Shown: positions 1 through 14,779, counted from the stretch's first letter. The stretch is DNA of 64,000 nucleotides from Octopus vulgaris (GCA_951406725.2 OX597837.1:17236001-17300000), one strand, 5' to 3'. Made by a program: numbers and translations. The notes: generated by a model not told the origin, from the letters alone.

Positions 1-523
1 TTTCATAATGCTAGGCGGAGCCCTAAACTTTTGCAAGGTGTATTATTATGAAATGTTTAGGGCGAGTGAGTATGCAGCGTGACTATTCGTGTGTTTGATG
101 TGTTACTCTGTTAATTAGACTTATATAGATGAGTATTCTAGATTGGGATTATGAAGGCATAGGCGGCTGCATAAGGACAATACAGGCTATTCTGCCGGTA
201 TTTCGAAAACACATACTGGCCCACGAGGAGACAAAAATTTGTGTTCTCAAATTTCCTGTTGAGAAATTTTATCTAGCCGTAAGTATAGCTAGGCGTTCTG
301 ATAGGTAGAGATCGCAGCGTCTACTTGCGGTGTTGTAGGAAGTTTTTGTGAGTATACGCCAGTTCAAGCTAAAATCTATTTTTTTATCCTTAAGTTCCCA
401 TATGTATGCACTAAGTCCTGTTGTGTTTGCCTTATTCCTATTTCTGAAGCTAGATAGATGCGATAGGTGTGTGTATATATATATTTATATACATGTATGT
501 ATATATACATATATATATGTGTG

Positions 524-554
<31 letters not shown>

Positions 555-564
555 ATTTATATAG

Positions 565-990
565 ATGTATATAAAAGCCAGGATAACGCAAGTAAGACTC
601 AAAAGAGATCTAGGGGAAAATGTAGCGATCGAGAAGGTGAATGACAATGACCTTTTCGTATGCACAATCTATGACAGACCATGCCTGTCTTTAGCTGGCT
701 TCAAATCTCATCTGCGAACACATGGAAAACGAACCTCTACCAACTATTCTGACTATTTCTGTGCACACCTTTGAATGCAATGTATGCCAGAAGGTTTGCA
801 AATCCAACAGAGGCCTCAGCAAAGAGAAGAACTTATCTGCAGGTATTGGTGCTCCAAATCGGAGGTGCAATCTATGTGGGTGTCTTTTCAGAACATTGTC
901 TGGTTTAAAAAGCCACATCAGACACCATGATGGTGTTGAGATCTAGGTACAGGAGGTGGTCAAACTCTGTATAAGGAATAGACAACCACC
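565..990 (+). mobile_element. Degenerate C2H2 zinc-finger-coding fragment, probably the 3' end of an RTE-type LINE
   Basis: Frameshifted motifs CTIYDRPCLSLAGFKSHLRTH, CNVCQKVCKS and CNLCGCLFRTLSGLKSHIRHH, bounded by microsatellites, with no exon structure seen. Confidence 0.45.
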
Positions 991-1022
<32 letters not shown>

Positions 1023-1070
1023 AAACAAGTCAAAATAGAAAATGCTAAAATAATTTTATAAAGAACATTT

Positions 1071-1108
1071 CAGTACCGGTTTCGGTCATTTTGAGACCTT
1101 TTCAACTG
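1071..1108 (-). ncRNA. Minimal type-I hammerhead ribozyme, U3-A8 variant (inverted copy)
   Basis: Reverse complement reads CAG-UUGAAAA-GGUC(ucaaaau)GACC-GAAA-CCGG-UA-CUG. Confidence 0.75.
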
Positions 1109-1461
1109 TATCGATTAAATAATTAAATTTAGAAAAATTAGAAGAAAAGTTTTTTTAAAGGAATATTTGTATAGTGTTCAGATATAAGTGGCATTCTGCC
1201 TTTCTCTAACTCCCTTGTTTGCACTTGTGTGTTCGAGGTCGTTGTGAATTCTTGGTAGGGTAGAAGAAGAAGAAGGCTGATGAGGAGAGGGGGTGGAAAA
1301 ATTTGGGAGTGCCTTGATTGTTGTATTTTGAATGGTCAGTGACGGTTAGCAGTTGCAGTTCAATTCAGGAGAATATTTCTATTGAGAGGTTTGTTTATGG
1401 AATTTGCGTAGGTGTTTTACTAAAAAGCATTAGTGATAAAGTTAAGAGGTAGAAGGTGGAG

Positions 1462-1610
1462 CAGAAGAAGAAGAAGATGACGATGATGATGATGATGATG
1501 AAGAAGAAGGAGAAGAAGAAGATGATGATGATGATGATGGTGGTGATGATGATGACGACGATGATGATGATAATGATGATGATGAAGAAGAAGAGGTGAA
1601 GAAGAAAACA
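1462..1610. repeat. (GAA)n/(GAT)n compound microsatellite in the PLE 3' UTR, mirrored at 4513-4740
   Basis: Direct reading. Confidence 0.9.
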
Positions 1611-2238
1611 GAGAAGGGAGAATATGAATGGGTGAAAGTAGTGAGGTGTTGTATGACTTGAAGTTGGTATGTTATGGATTATAGCTGTGATTGGGGCTGA
1701 TTAGTAATGGATTCTTTGGAATGTAATATTTGTGTGTGTATTTCTTTTATTCTAAAGTTGAGGTATATTAATCGTTTGTCGTAGACCCGTTAAGAAGTGG
1801 CCTGTATTTTGTAATAAAGAGAGTTTCTTTATTGTCTCGAAGTTGTATCGTCCCTAAATTGGTAGAGGGGGAAAATCCTGAAACTTGGTGTTTTGTTGTT
1901 GGCGCAAGTATCTATGTGTTGGCTAAAAGCTATTTTTCTGTTTTGGGGAATTTTTATCTGGGATCTGTGCAGGGCCATTCTTTTACGCAAACTATTTTTT
2001 GTTTGGCCTATGTACTGCTCTTGACACCCGGAGCAGGTTAGTGAGTATATTAGGTTCTCCGAAGCACATGTGAAGTTGCTTTTCACAGAGACACAAGATA
2101 GCACCAAACAAGCAGGAGGAACCAAAAGTAATAAAAATTATCAATCTAACTCACAAGGAACTAACAGCAAACCAAATAAACATACTTTCCAAAGGACTCA
2201 AGTTTACACCCACCCCACAACACCCCAACTACAATGAA

Positions 2239-4352
2239 ATGAAAGAAGACATCGCAGAATTCTGCAGAAAATTAAGACTTACTGAGGAGCTATACGATAA
2301 ATACAACGAGGACGAATCGTTAGTCAGAAATAGGAGTAACTACACCCCCTCTAAAGGTAAGAACAAAACACTTGATGATTTCTGTGACCACATATCTAAT
2401 TACCCATATCAACATATGCACAAACAAAAACACAAACCAAACTTCAGCAAAAAAGAATGGGCTGAGTTGAACAAATTAAAACAAGATAAAACAATAACAA
2501 CCAAAGAAGCCGATAAAGGGAGTGCTGTTGTCTTAATGGATACGACATTTTACATAACTTTGGTACTTTCAATGCTGGAAGACACAACATACTATGAAAA
2601 GGCACAAAACTACAGTCAACAAAAAATAATGAGGGAACTAAAATCCATGTTAAACCCATACAAAGCAGGGCTCACCGACAAAGAATATGATTATATGACC
2701 AATTTCACAAGTAAAACCAGCCAATTCTACGGTATACCTAAGATACACAAAAGTGAGAAAATAAGCAACGCATGCTACAGACAAAATAATTAAAGTCCCT
2801 AATCCTAATGACCTCAAATTGAGACTCATAATAGCAGGTCCCGCATGCGAAACCCACCGCCTCAGTAACTTTTTAGACACCCTGTTAAAACCACTCCTTA
2901 AACATGTCAAAAGCTATATAAGGGACGACTTGGATATGCTCAATCACCTACCGAATACTATAAACAAAAACACCATACTGGTATCCTTCGATGTAGTCAA
3001 CCTCTACTCCAATCTCCCCCACAACCTAGGACTAGAGGCAATCCAATTCTGGCTAGAGAATCACGCCAACGAACTACCACATCGCATCAAAAAAGAATTC
3101 ATGATAGAAGGGGTTAAATTCATCCTGGAAAATAACTTCTTCGCCTTCAATGACAACTTCTACCGACAAAAATCGGGGACTGCGATGGGTACACGAATGG
3201 CCCCCTCCATTGCCAACCTAGTCATAGGATATCTAGAGATCAGTCTGTATCGTAAGGTTCTAGAAAGATATGGCAGCCCTTTCTCCATCTACATAGAAAA
3301 CAACTGGAAGAGATATCTAGATGACTGTTTCATTCTTTGGCATAAAAATATAGAAAAACTCATAGAATTCCAGAAAATTTTAAACGGACTGGACGTAAAC
3401 ATCCAATTCACGATGGAATATAGCCAGCAACAACTCCCCTTCCTCGATATCCTCATTAAGAAAGCTAATAATATAATAGAAACAGACATATATTATAAGC
3501 CTACAGACTCTAAGCAATATCTTCCATTCAATTCATGCCACCCCAGACACACCAGGATGAATATCCCCTTCAATCTAGCAAAAAGGATATGCACTATAGT
3601 CTCTAACGCAAACACCAGAGACACACGACTACAAGAACTAAAAGATACCCTTATCACCAGGAACTATCCACCTTCACTTATTGACAAGTGCATTCAACGT
3701 GCCCTTCAACTTAACATCAAGGAACTGAGACATCCCAAATCAAAGAAAAACTTACGATCAAAAGCCTTACCATACATCTCCACACACAACCCTCTCAATA
3801 ACGAAGCCTTCGGCACCATTCTCCACAACATACCCCTCCTAAAAAAAGACCACAGAATGAACACAATCCTCCAAACACACACGATCATAAAAAGCAAGAG
3901 ACAGCCTAAATCACTCTTCAACACAGAAGCCGACAGTAAAAAAATGTGGAAGACCCAATTGCGGGATATGCGACTATCTAATTGAGGGATCAGAGTTCTC
4001 CTTCAAACAGGGACAACGGTTTACAGTGAAAAGCAACTTCACATGTGCTTCGGAGAACCTAATATACTCACTAACCTGCTCCGGGTGTCAAGAGCAGTAC
4101 ATAGGCCAAACAAAAAATAGTTTGCGTAAAAGAATGGCCCTGCACAGATCCCAGATAAAAATTCCCCAAAACAGAAAAATAGCTTTTAGCCAACACATAG
4201 ATACTTGCGCCAACAACAAAACACCAAGCTTCAGGATTTTCCCCCTCTACCAATTTAGGGACGATACAACCTCGAGACAACGAATAAGTAAAGAAACTCT
4301 CTTTATTACAAAATACAGGCCACTTCTTAACGGGTCTACGACAAACGATTAA
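2239..4352 (+). pseudogene. PLE reverse transcriptase / GIY-YIG endonuclease ORF, frameshifted near 2790 and 3920
   Basis: ORFs 2239-2793, 2819-3985 and 4026-4352 encode consecutive parts of one PLE polyprotein. Confidence 0.9.
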
Positions 4353-4672
4353 TATACCTCAACTTTAGAATAAAAGAAATACACACACAAATATTACATT
4401 CCAAAGAATCCATTACTAATCAGCCCCAATCACAGCTATAATCCATAACATACCAACTTCAAGTCATACAACACCTCACTACTTTCACCCATTCATATTC
4501 TCCCTTCTCTGTTTTCTTCTTCTTCCTCTTCTTCTCCATCATCATCATTATCATCATCATCGTCGTCATCATCATCACCACCATCATCATCATCATCATC
4601 ATCTTCTTCTTCTTCTTCTTCTTCTTCTTCTTCTTCTTCTTTCTTCTTCTTCTTCATCATCATCATCATCAA

Positions 4673-4706
<34 letters not shown>

Positions 4707-5105
4707 GTCATCTTCTTCTTCTTCTTCTTCTTCTTCTTCTGCTCCACCTTCTGCTCCACCTTCTACCTCTTAACTTTATCACTAATGCTTTTTAGTAAAA
4801 CACCTACGCAAATTCCATAAACAAACCTCTCAATAGAAATATTCTCCTGAATTGAACTGCAACTGCTAACCGTCACTGACCATTCAAAATACAACAATCA
4901 AGGCACTCCCAAATTTTTCCACCCCTCTCCTCATCAGCCTTCTTCTTCTTCTACCCTACCAAGAATTCACAACGACCTCGAACACACAAGTGCAAACAAG
5001 GGAGTTAGAGAAAGGCAGAATGCCACTTATATCTGAACACTATACAAATATTCCTTTAAAAAAACTTTTCTTCTAATTTTTCTAAATTTAATTATTTAAT
5101 CGATA

Positions 5106-5143
5106 CAGTTGAAAAGGTCTCAAAATGACCGAAACCGGTACTG
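5106..5143 (+). ncRNA. Minimal type-I hammerhead ribozyme, U3-A8 variant
   Basis: cag-TTGAAAA-ggtc-tcaaaat-gacc-GAAA-ccgg-TA-ctg: stem I cag/ctg, stem II ggtc/gacc, palindromic ACCGGT at stem III, located in the PLE 3' terminal region. Confidence 0.8.
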
Positions 5144-5248
5144 AAATGTTCTTTATAAAATTATTTTAGCATTTTCTATTTTGACTTGTTTTTTCATATA
5201 TATCAACTCGTGTGTTCCTTTTCACCCTTATACATATATATATATATA

Positions 5249-5503
5249 TATACAAATTAGTAAATAAATGGCACAACTAAGTACCAATATTTACTGGAAA
5301 TAGCGAACGTAAAAATACGGGTGTTTCATCTTTTAGATGTTCTCCCTGGAGGTAAGACGGTTTTTTTTCTCTAATTTGTTGCACACACGCATTTTTGCTA
5401 ATACATACGCGGTGAAGCTACACATTAGCGTCGTATTTTTACGTTCGCTATTTCCAGTAAATATCGGTACTTAGTTGTGCCATTTATTTACTAATTTGTG
5501 TAT
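5249..5503. repeat. Inverted repeat (~70-bp arms), likely a non-autonomous PLE terminal remnant
   Basis: acaaattagtaaataaatggcacaactaagtacc...cgtaaaaatacg is mirrored at about 5432-5503. A decayed hammerhead-like stretch (cggtgaa-gcta-cacat-tagc) lies near 5410-5430. Confidence 0.65.
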
Positions 5504-5567
5504 TTTTCCCACACGGGCTACTTTTTACTGGAAGGCAATACTTTGTATTGCATTATATATATATATA

Positions 5568-6639
5568 CATCATCATCATCATCATCATCGTTTAACGTCC
5601 GCTTTCCATGCTAGCATGGGTTGGACGGTTCAACTGGGGTCTGGGAAGCCCGAAGGCTGCACCAGGCCAGTCAGATCTGGTAGTGTTTCTACAGCTTGAT
5701 GCCCTTCCTAACGCCAACCACTCCAAGAGGGTAGTGGGTGATTTTATGTGCCACCGACACAAGTGCCAGACGAGGCTGGCGAACGGCCACGCTCGGATGG
5801 TGTTTTTTATGTTCCACCGACACAGGTGCTAGACGAGGCTGGCGAACGGCCACGCTCGGATGGTGTTTTTTTATGTGCCACCGACACAGGTGCCAGACGA
5901 GGCTGGCGAACGGCCACTATCGGATGGTGTTTGTTACGTGCCCACAGCACGGAGGCCAATCGATGCGGTACTGACTACGGCCACGTTCGGATGGTCTTCT
6001 TATGTGCCACCGGCACTGGTACCACAAAGATACAACTTCCATTGATGTTCATCGATTTTGATTTGGTTTGATTTTGATTTTCACTTGCCTCAACAGGTCT
6101 TCACAAGTGTCCCAAGAAGGAAGGTATGCACAGGTGGACTGACTACGTCCCAGGTAGGGGCCATGGGTTATGGCCTCACGCGTCCTGCCGGGTCTTCTCG
6201 CACACGGCATACTTCCAAAGGTCTCGGTCTCTGGTCATTTCCTCGGTAAGACCTAAAGCGCGAAGGTCGTTCTTCACCACCTCGTCCCAGGCTTTCCTGG
6301 GTCTACCTCTTCCACAGGTTCCCTCAACCGCTAGGGTGTGGCACTTTTCACACAACTATCTTCATCCATTCTTACTACGTGTCCATACCAGCGTAGACGC
6401 CTCTCTTGCACACCACATCTGATGCTTCTTAGGTCCAACTTTTCTCTCAAGGCACTTACACTCTGTCGGGTATGAACACTGACATTACACACCCAAGGGA
6501 GCATACTGGCTTCATTTCTTGCGAGCTTACGCATATCCTCAGCAGTCACGGCCCATGTTTCACTGCCATGTAGCATGGCTGTTCGCACACATGCGTCATA
6601 CAGTCTGCCTTTTACTCTGAGTGAGAGGCCCTTTGTCAC
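5568..6639 (-). mobile_element. 5'-truncated RTE-clade LINE, 3' end with (GAT)n tail
   Basis: [28 protein letters not shown]...RRLRWYGHVVRM; same family as 33915-35900; tail ...cggacgttaaac(gat)n. Confidence 0.88.
5742..6020. repeat. ~62-bp minisatellite (4-5 units) in the RTE 3' UTR
   Basis: Unit ttttatgtgccaccgacacaggtgccagacgaggctggcgaacggccacgctcggatggtg repeated head-to-tail. Confidence 0.9.
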
Positions 6640-6667
6640 CTAGAGATAAAACCACTATTATGCAAAT

Positions 6668-9315
<2,648 letters not shown>

Positions 9316-10490
9316 TAGTTTTATTCATCAAAATAAGCACCCATATTGTCAATACACTTTTGACATTTCAGCGGTAGCTTGTCCAGCCCGGAACTGTAAA
9401 AGCCTTGTAAAATCTAGGAAGGCCTGTTTTACAGCATCGTCAGAATTAAGTTTTTTGCCTATCAAAAAGTCATCCGAATTCTGGAAGAAGTGGTAGTCAG
9501 TGGGGGCAAGATCAGGTGAGTATAGTGGATGATGGAGAACTTCCAACTCCAAATCTTATGTGTGGTCTGACGTTGTCTTGCAATAAAATAGGAGTGGATC
9601 TGTTGACTAATCTAGGCTGTTTTTTTGTAAGTTTCTGCATCATTTGGTCCAGTTGGCTGCAGTATACTTCGGCCGTGATTGATGAGCCAAGTTTAACGAC
9701 CACCAAACATACACCATCAGCTTGTTTTGATGAATTTTCCTTTTTGGACTGTTTTGGTGGCTCATCTTTGTCCAACCATTGTGCTGAACATTTACGGTTG
9801 TTGTATTGGATCCATTTCTCATCACATGTTACAGTTCGATTCAAAACTGGTTCATTTTTGCGATGAGAAGTAGCATAATGCAGGCTTCCAAATGTTGCTG
9901 TTAGTGATTTTCTTTGCGTTCATGTGGAACCCACTTATCCAACTTTTTCACTTTACCGATTTGAACTAGGTGAGTCGATAATGTTTGCTTGCGAACACCA
10001 AACAGCAACAATAATTCATGGGTACTTTAAGATGGATCTGACTCGACGGTGGCTTTCAGTTTGTCATTATCTACCTTTGTTTCTGGTCGACCACGTTGCT
10101 CATTTGTAAGGTCAAAGTTATTAGAACGAAATTTTGCAAACCAATTTGATACTGTCTGCTGTATAATAACATTGGAATGAAATACTCCATTAATATTCCG
10201 AGCTGTCTGTGATGCTGTATTTCCAGGAAAAAACTCATATGTCAAAACTGTACGAATTTTCGACTTATCCATCTCTAAACAAAATTAGCAAAAAACGATT
10301 TATAAATACTTTATAAAGGGCAAAATGAGTTAGAATAAAGAAATAGAATGTGTCAGCTTTCTAACAAAAAATAAAGATTGAGCATGTAGTTTCTCCTAAT
10401 GTTTTTAGGATAATATCTTCATTTAACTAGACCAATTCTATGAAACCAAAATATAATAATGGTTCAAAATGAGCATCTGTCAAAGTTTAC
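9316..10490 (-). mobile_element. Degenerate mariner (Mos1/Hsmar-like) DNA transposon
   Basis: HTH MDKSKIRTVLTYEF..NTASQTARNIN, VTCDEKWI, LLQDNVRPH and [16 protein letters not shown] in broken frames. Confidence 0.92.
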
Positions 10491-10529
10491 CATATACCTA
10501 CAAAATTCATACTTAACGACCTAATATAT

Positions 10530-10643
<114 letters not shown>

Positions 10644-11509
10644 GAAAATAAGCAACAAGGGATATCCAGAGGTAATGCAATACGATCGTTTAAATTGTAT
10701 GGATAATACCATACTAAATTCTGGTGCCTCAACTTAAGTACCATATTCATCTGTGTATATATATATATATATATATTAGGGAGTATAACTCCAAACTTAC
10801 AGGGGAAAATTCAATTTAATATTAATCAAATTTCACATTATAATTATATAATATATATAAATATATATTTAAGAAATAAAGTTTGAAATTTGAAGTTTGG
10901 AGTTTCTTCTAAAGAACAATCATGATTTTATTTCTTTAAGAAATATTGTTTAATTTTATTTGATTATTTGTTTAACTATTATTATTATTGTTGACCAGAG
11001 GAGTGACTATACTTCTAAATTGAATTGTTTTTCGATTAAATTTAAATTTAATTGTAATTCGAATTCAAATTATAGCCATGAAATGAACGTAGTCTTTTTA
11101 CTTATATATTTTTATTAATTTTTATTCATTTTTCTGATCTAGTTATATGTTTTATAATATATTTTATTTTTTGTTTATGATTTGGTTTATGTCTATCATT
11201 GTTTGAATTACATAATAGTGGTTTTTCTCTAATTTATATATATATTATATATATATGTATGTATATATAAATGTATGTATATTTATGTATGTATATATAT
11301 ATATATGTATGTATGTATGAATGGTGCGTTGGAGACGTAGGGTCGTGGGGTGGTAAGTGAGGGGAAAAGGGAGGCGGGAGACTACAGGGCGGGTTCGGGG
11401 AGAGAGAGCAGATACACGGTCCACGGACCGTGCTCTGGCAAGGGCGGTGTGGATAGTGGTGAGGGGGTATCCACGTAGGGTGAAGTGGTATGTATGTATG
11501 TATGTATAA

Positions 11510-12530
11510 TTTATGGAATGAAGTTCTACAAATCCAATCATATTTGTTTAAAATTAGAGGAGATAAGATATCAAAAAATTGTAAGAAGTTTATTCATACA
11601 TACACTTAGAATACAACCAATTCTTTACTAAAACAGACAACGAAAAACCATTTGGATAATAAATAATTTCCTTTGCAAAACGCTTAAAACCGAACTTTAT
11701 TTGAATTTTCAGTTACTCCTAATGTTTTTAGGATAATATCTTCCTTTAACTAGATCAATTCTATGAAACCAAAATTACTAAAACTGAACCTAGAACCTCC
11801 AATAATATTAATAAAAACCGTATAATCCTACAATTAACAATATCAATGCTAATAATAACCACAACTCTTATAATTCAACAAAATATACATATAACACTAC
11901 CATGCCACCCACAAATACAAATTGAAATTGTAGAAACCCTAATGCTTGTAAATTAGAAAGAAATTGTAAAGAGAAAGACGTTGTATACCAGGTAACAATT
12001 ATAACACAGGACTCATCAAGATATATATATATATAGGTTGCACTCAAAACTGGGTTAAATCGGGAATTTTAAGCCACGAATCTACCTTTAGGGATCATAG
12101 AAAAGAGAACAGTACTGGACTATCAAAAAAAATTTGGTGCCTCAGAGGAAATAATATTAATTTCTCAATTTCCTGGAAAATTCTGTCTTCGGCCCCTTCT
12201 TACAGAAATAACAATAAAATTTGCAGATTATGTCTAGAAGAAATATAATGAGAATTGATGGAAACCTAGTTAATAGGAGGAATGAAAAAGTATTCTCATA
12301 TAAACAAATAACCAAATTCCTATTCATTAATCTAAAATAACTATTTACAACCATATGTTTGATACCTTTTTAAAACATCAGATTATATTACTCAATATAA
12401 AACCTTATCCTATCCCCATTGTATTACTATAACATAAATTCCCTTTATATACTTTATTTTCTTTATGACAACTGAAGGACCTTCTCTTTATATGGGGCCA
12501 TTATGTAAACTATGTCTTTCTATACATTTT
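11510..12530 (+). mobile_element. Degenerate AT-rich Penelope-like element, 3' part
   Basis: Manual translation gives CKEKDVVYQVTIITQDSSRYIYIGCT and TGLSKKIWCLRGNNINFSISWKILSSAPSYRNNNKICRLCLEE (GIY-YIG). Confidence 0.75.
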
Positions 12531-12633
12531 TCCTCATACGCTTGGATATATGCCTGTCTATTTTCTTATTTATTCCTATGTTCTTGCACACATGCGTATG
12601 TGTGTATGTGTACTGTCTATGTGCTTACATATG

Positions 12634-12683
<50 letters not shown>

Positions 12684-12734
12684 GTGAAGGAAGAAATGGA
12701 GCTGAACGAAGATTCTACAGAATTCCTTTTATTA

Positions 12735-12818
12735 TTTTCTACACATGTTTCAAAGGCCGCAAATTTCCAAATTCGCACTGAATAAGGAGATCATTTTGCA
12801 GCTTTCTCTTCAGGAAAA
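12735..12818 (-). ncRNA. Hammerhead ribozyme with extended stem II
   Basis: Reverse-complement copy of 12997-13080. Confidence 0.7.
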
Positions 12819-12996
12819 TCCAGGAATTTAAAACTCCAAAACAAATGTGCAGCAAGGTATTCGAACAAAACGCTCCTTAGGAGCCCATGAAATAGCACTA
12901 TTTCATGCTATTTCATGGGCTATTTCATGGGCTCCTAAGGAGCGTTTTGTTCGAATACCTTGCTGCGCATTTGTTTTGGAGTTTTAAATTCCTGGA

Positions 12997-13080
12997 TTTT
13001 CCTGAAGAGAAAGCTGCAAAATGGTCTCCTTATTCAGTCCGAATTTGGAAATTTGCGGCCTTTGAAACATGTGTAGAAAA
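12997..13080 (+). ncRNA. Hammerhead ribozyme with extended stem II
   Basis: ttttc-CTGAAGA-gaaagctgcaaa...tttgcggccttt-GAAA-catgt-GTA-gaaaa. Confidence 0.72.
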
Positions 13081-13284
13081 TAATAAAAGGAATTCTGTAG
13101 AATCTTCGTTCAGCTCCATTTCTTCCCTTCACTAAATATATTAAACTTCAATTATCCGCGCTAAGGCACGGTTGCGACACCCCAAGGTCGTAACTTCAAC
13201 GTGTTTTTTCTGTTGTGATTTTTGCTACCCAGGTATCGGTTAAATTTTGAATAATCCTTAACAAGATAATTCATTTATCCATTT

Positions 13285-13332
<48 letters not shown>

Positions 13333-13432
13333 TTGATTCGGGGTTCACACATAAGAGTAAAATTAATTTATATATATATACTGTTTCATCAATAAACATG
13401 TACTAGTCCTGTAAACTCCTTCTATATAATAA

Positions 13433-13472
<40 letters not shown>

Positions 13473-13724
13473 ATGTATATGTATATGTATGTGTATATAT
13501 ATATACGTGTGTGTTTACTTACATATGTATGTATGTATTTGTACATGTATATGTATGTGTATCTAGTGTGTATATATGTATATATTGGTGTATCTCTATG
13601 CTTATATGTGTATGTATGCCTCTATATACGCTCTACTTCATATATGATAAGCATTTATCCTATAATTTTGTGATTTTATATGAACCCCTACATGTATCTA
13701 TCTACTCATATATATTAACTAGGT

Positions 13725-14580
13725 TTCCATAGACTACCAGTACTAGACACAGAACTCTGGCTAGAAACTGAGAATAATAAAACTAGAATCCTTCATTCGT
13801 ACTATGCCAAACCTATGGCATCCAAATACTTGATACACCGGAACTCAGCTATCGCGGACAATACCAAATACAATATTTTGATGGCAGACCTCGTCAGAAT
13901 AATGCGAAGTGTCCCGCATGTGCGAGCCTACAGAGTTAAAGAGACACATACAACATTTCGTTCGCCGCATGCAGTTCTCAGGTTACAGCCATAAAGAAAG
14001 GATCAGAGTATACAAAGGAGCCATGAAGAAATTTGATACTATTTTATGTAATAATAGGAATGGGATTTGCCCACTCTATAGGAGCACTATTGAAAGGACA
14101 AAGAAGAAAATAGGGAAGGCCAACTCTTGGTATGATAGCCACAAATACCAGAGTGTCATGTTCGTCGACACCACCCCTAGAGGCGAACTGGCGTGCCGCT
14201 ACAGAAGGACCTTAGACAAACTTAAGCGAAGGATTAAGGTTGTTGAAAAGCCAGGCAATCCTATCAAATCCATAATCGGTAGAACTTACCCGTACAGGGG
14301 GTTCTACTACGTTGGGGAAATGGCACGGAGCATAGGAGAGCGGGTAAATGAAACATTGGAGAGAACTTAAGGAAGGAAAGAGCTCATCGGTTCTGTACCA
14401 ACACGTCGAACAGGAACACGGGGGCTCAATCAACAACATAGAAGTTAAAATATTGTCCACACATAGAACAGATGCAACAATCAGACAAATTACGGAAGCT
14501 ACACATATAATAGAAGATAAACCTAGCCTGAATAGGAAACTGGAATGGAACACTAGCACACACCACAACATATGACAGAA
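13725..14580 (+). mobile_element. Penelope-like element fragment (RT thumb to GIY-YIG, internally deleted); possibly Naiad-type
   Basis: RLPVLDTELWLE, HSYYAKPMASKY, VMFVDTTPRGELA, KVVEKPG, YYVGEMARSIGER; homologous to 49500-52007. The clade assignment is tentative. Confidence 0.8.
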
Positions 14581-14779
14581 GAGGATCCCCATAAACTGGT
14601 TACAATATAAACAAAACTGAAAGCATAATAAAATTAAATAAAATACACAGATAAATAAACAAATGGAGGTAAATAACTATATACATTTTTTTTATTTTAT
14701 ATTTTTTTAATATTTTATTTTAATTTTATTATTATTATTTGTGACCAAATTCGAGTTTTTTTTTTTTTTACCTAATTCA

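Larger units (their letters stand above)
1011..5230 (+). mobile_element. Penelope-like retroelement (RT + GIY-YIG) with a ~1.1 kb inverted copy of its 3' end at the 5' side
   Basis: RT motifs ADKG, SFDVVNLY, GTAMGTRMAP, RYLDD and LPFLD (2239-3985); GIY-YIG NLIYSLTCSGCQEQYIGQT (4026-4352). 1011-2086 is the reverse complement of 4026-5203. (TA)n on both flanks. Confidence 0.95.
12678..13290. mobile_element. ORF-less palindromic PLE terminal element (arms 12678-12896 and 12919-13140, plus 3' tail)
   Basis: ~220-bp arms are near-perfect reverse complements; same family as 61045-62428; (TA)n on both flanks. Confidence 0.85.

Noticed and set aside
565-946. Host C2H2 zinc-finger gene
   Set aside because: Frameshifted, no TGEKP linkers and no splice structure; more likely a LINE C-terminus.
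4493-4759. Poly-K/M/E/D ORF
   Set aside because: Translation of the trinucleotide microsatellite in a PLE 3' UTR.
5742-6020. Regularly spaced repeats resembling a CRISPR array
   Set aside because: Units are contiguous with no unique spacers, lie in an RTE LINE 3' UTR, and the context is eukaryotic.
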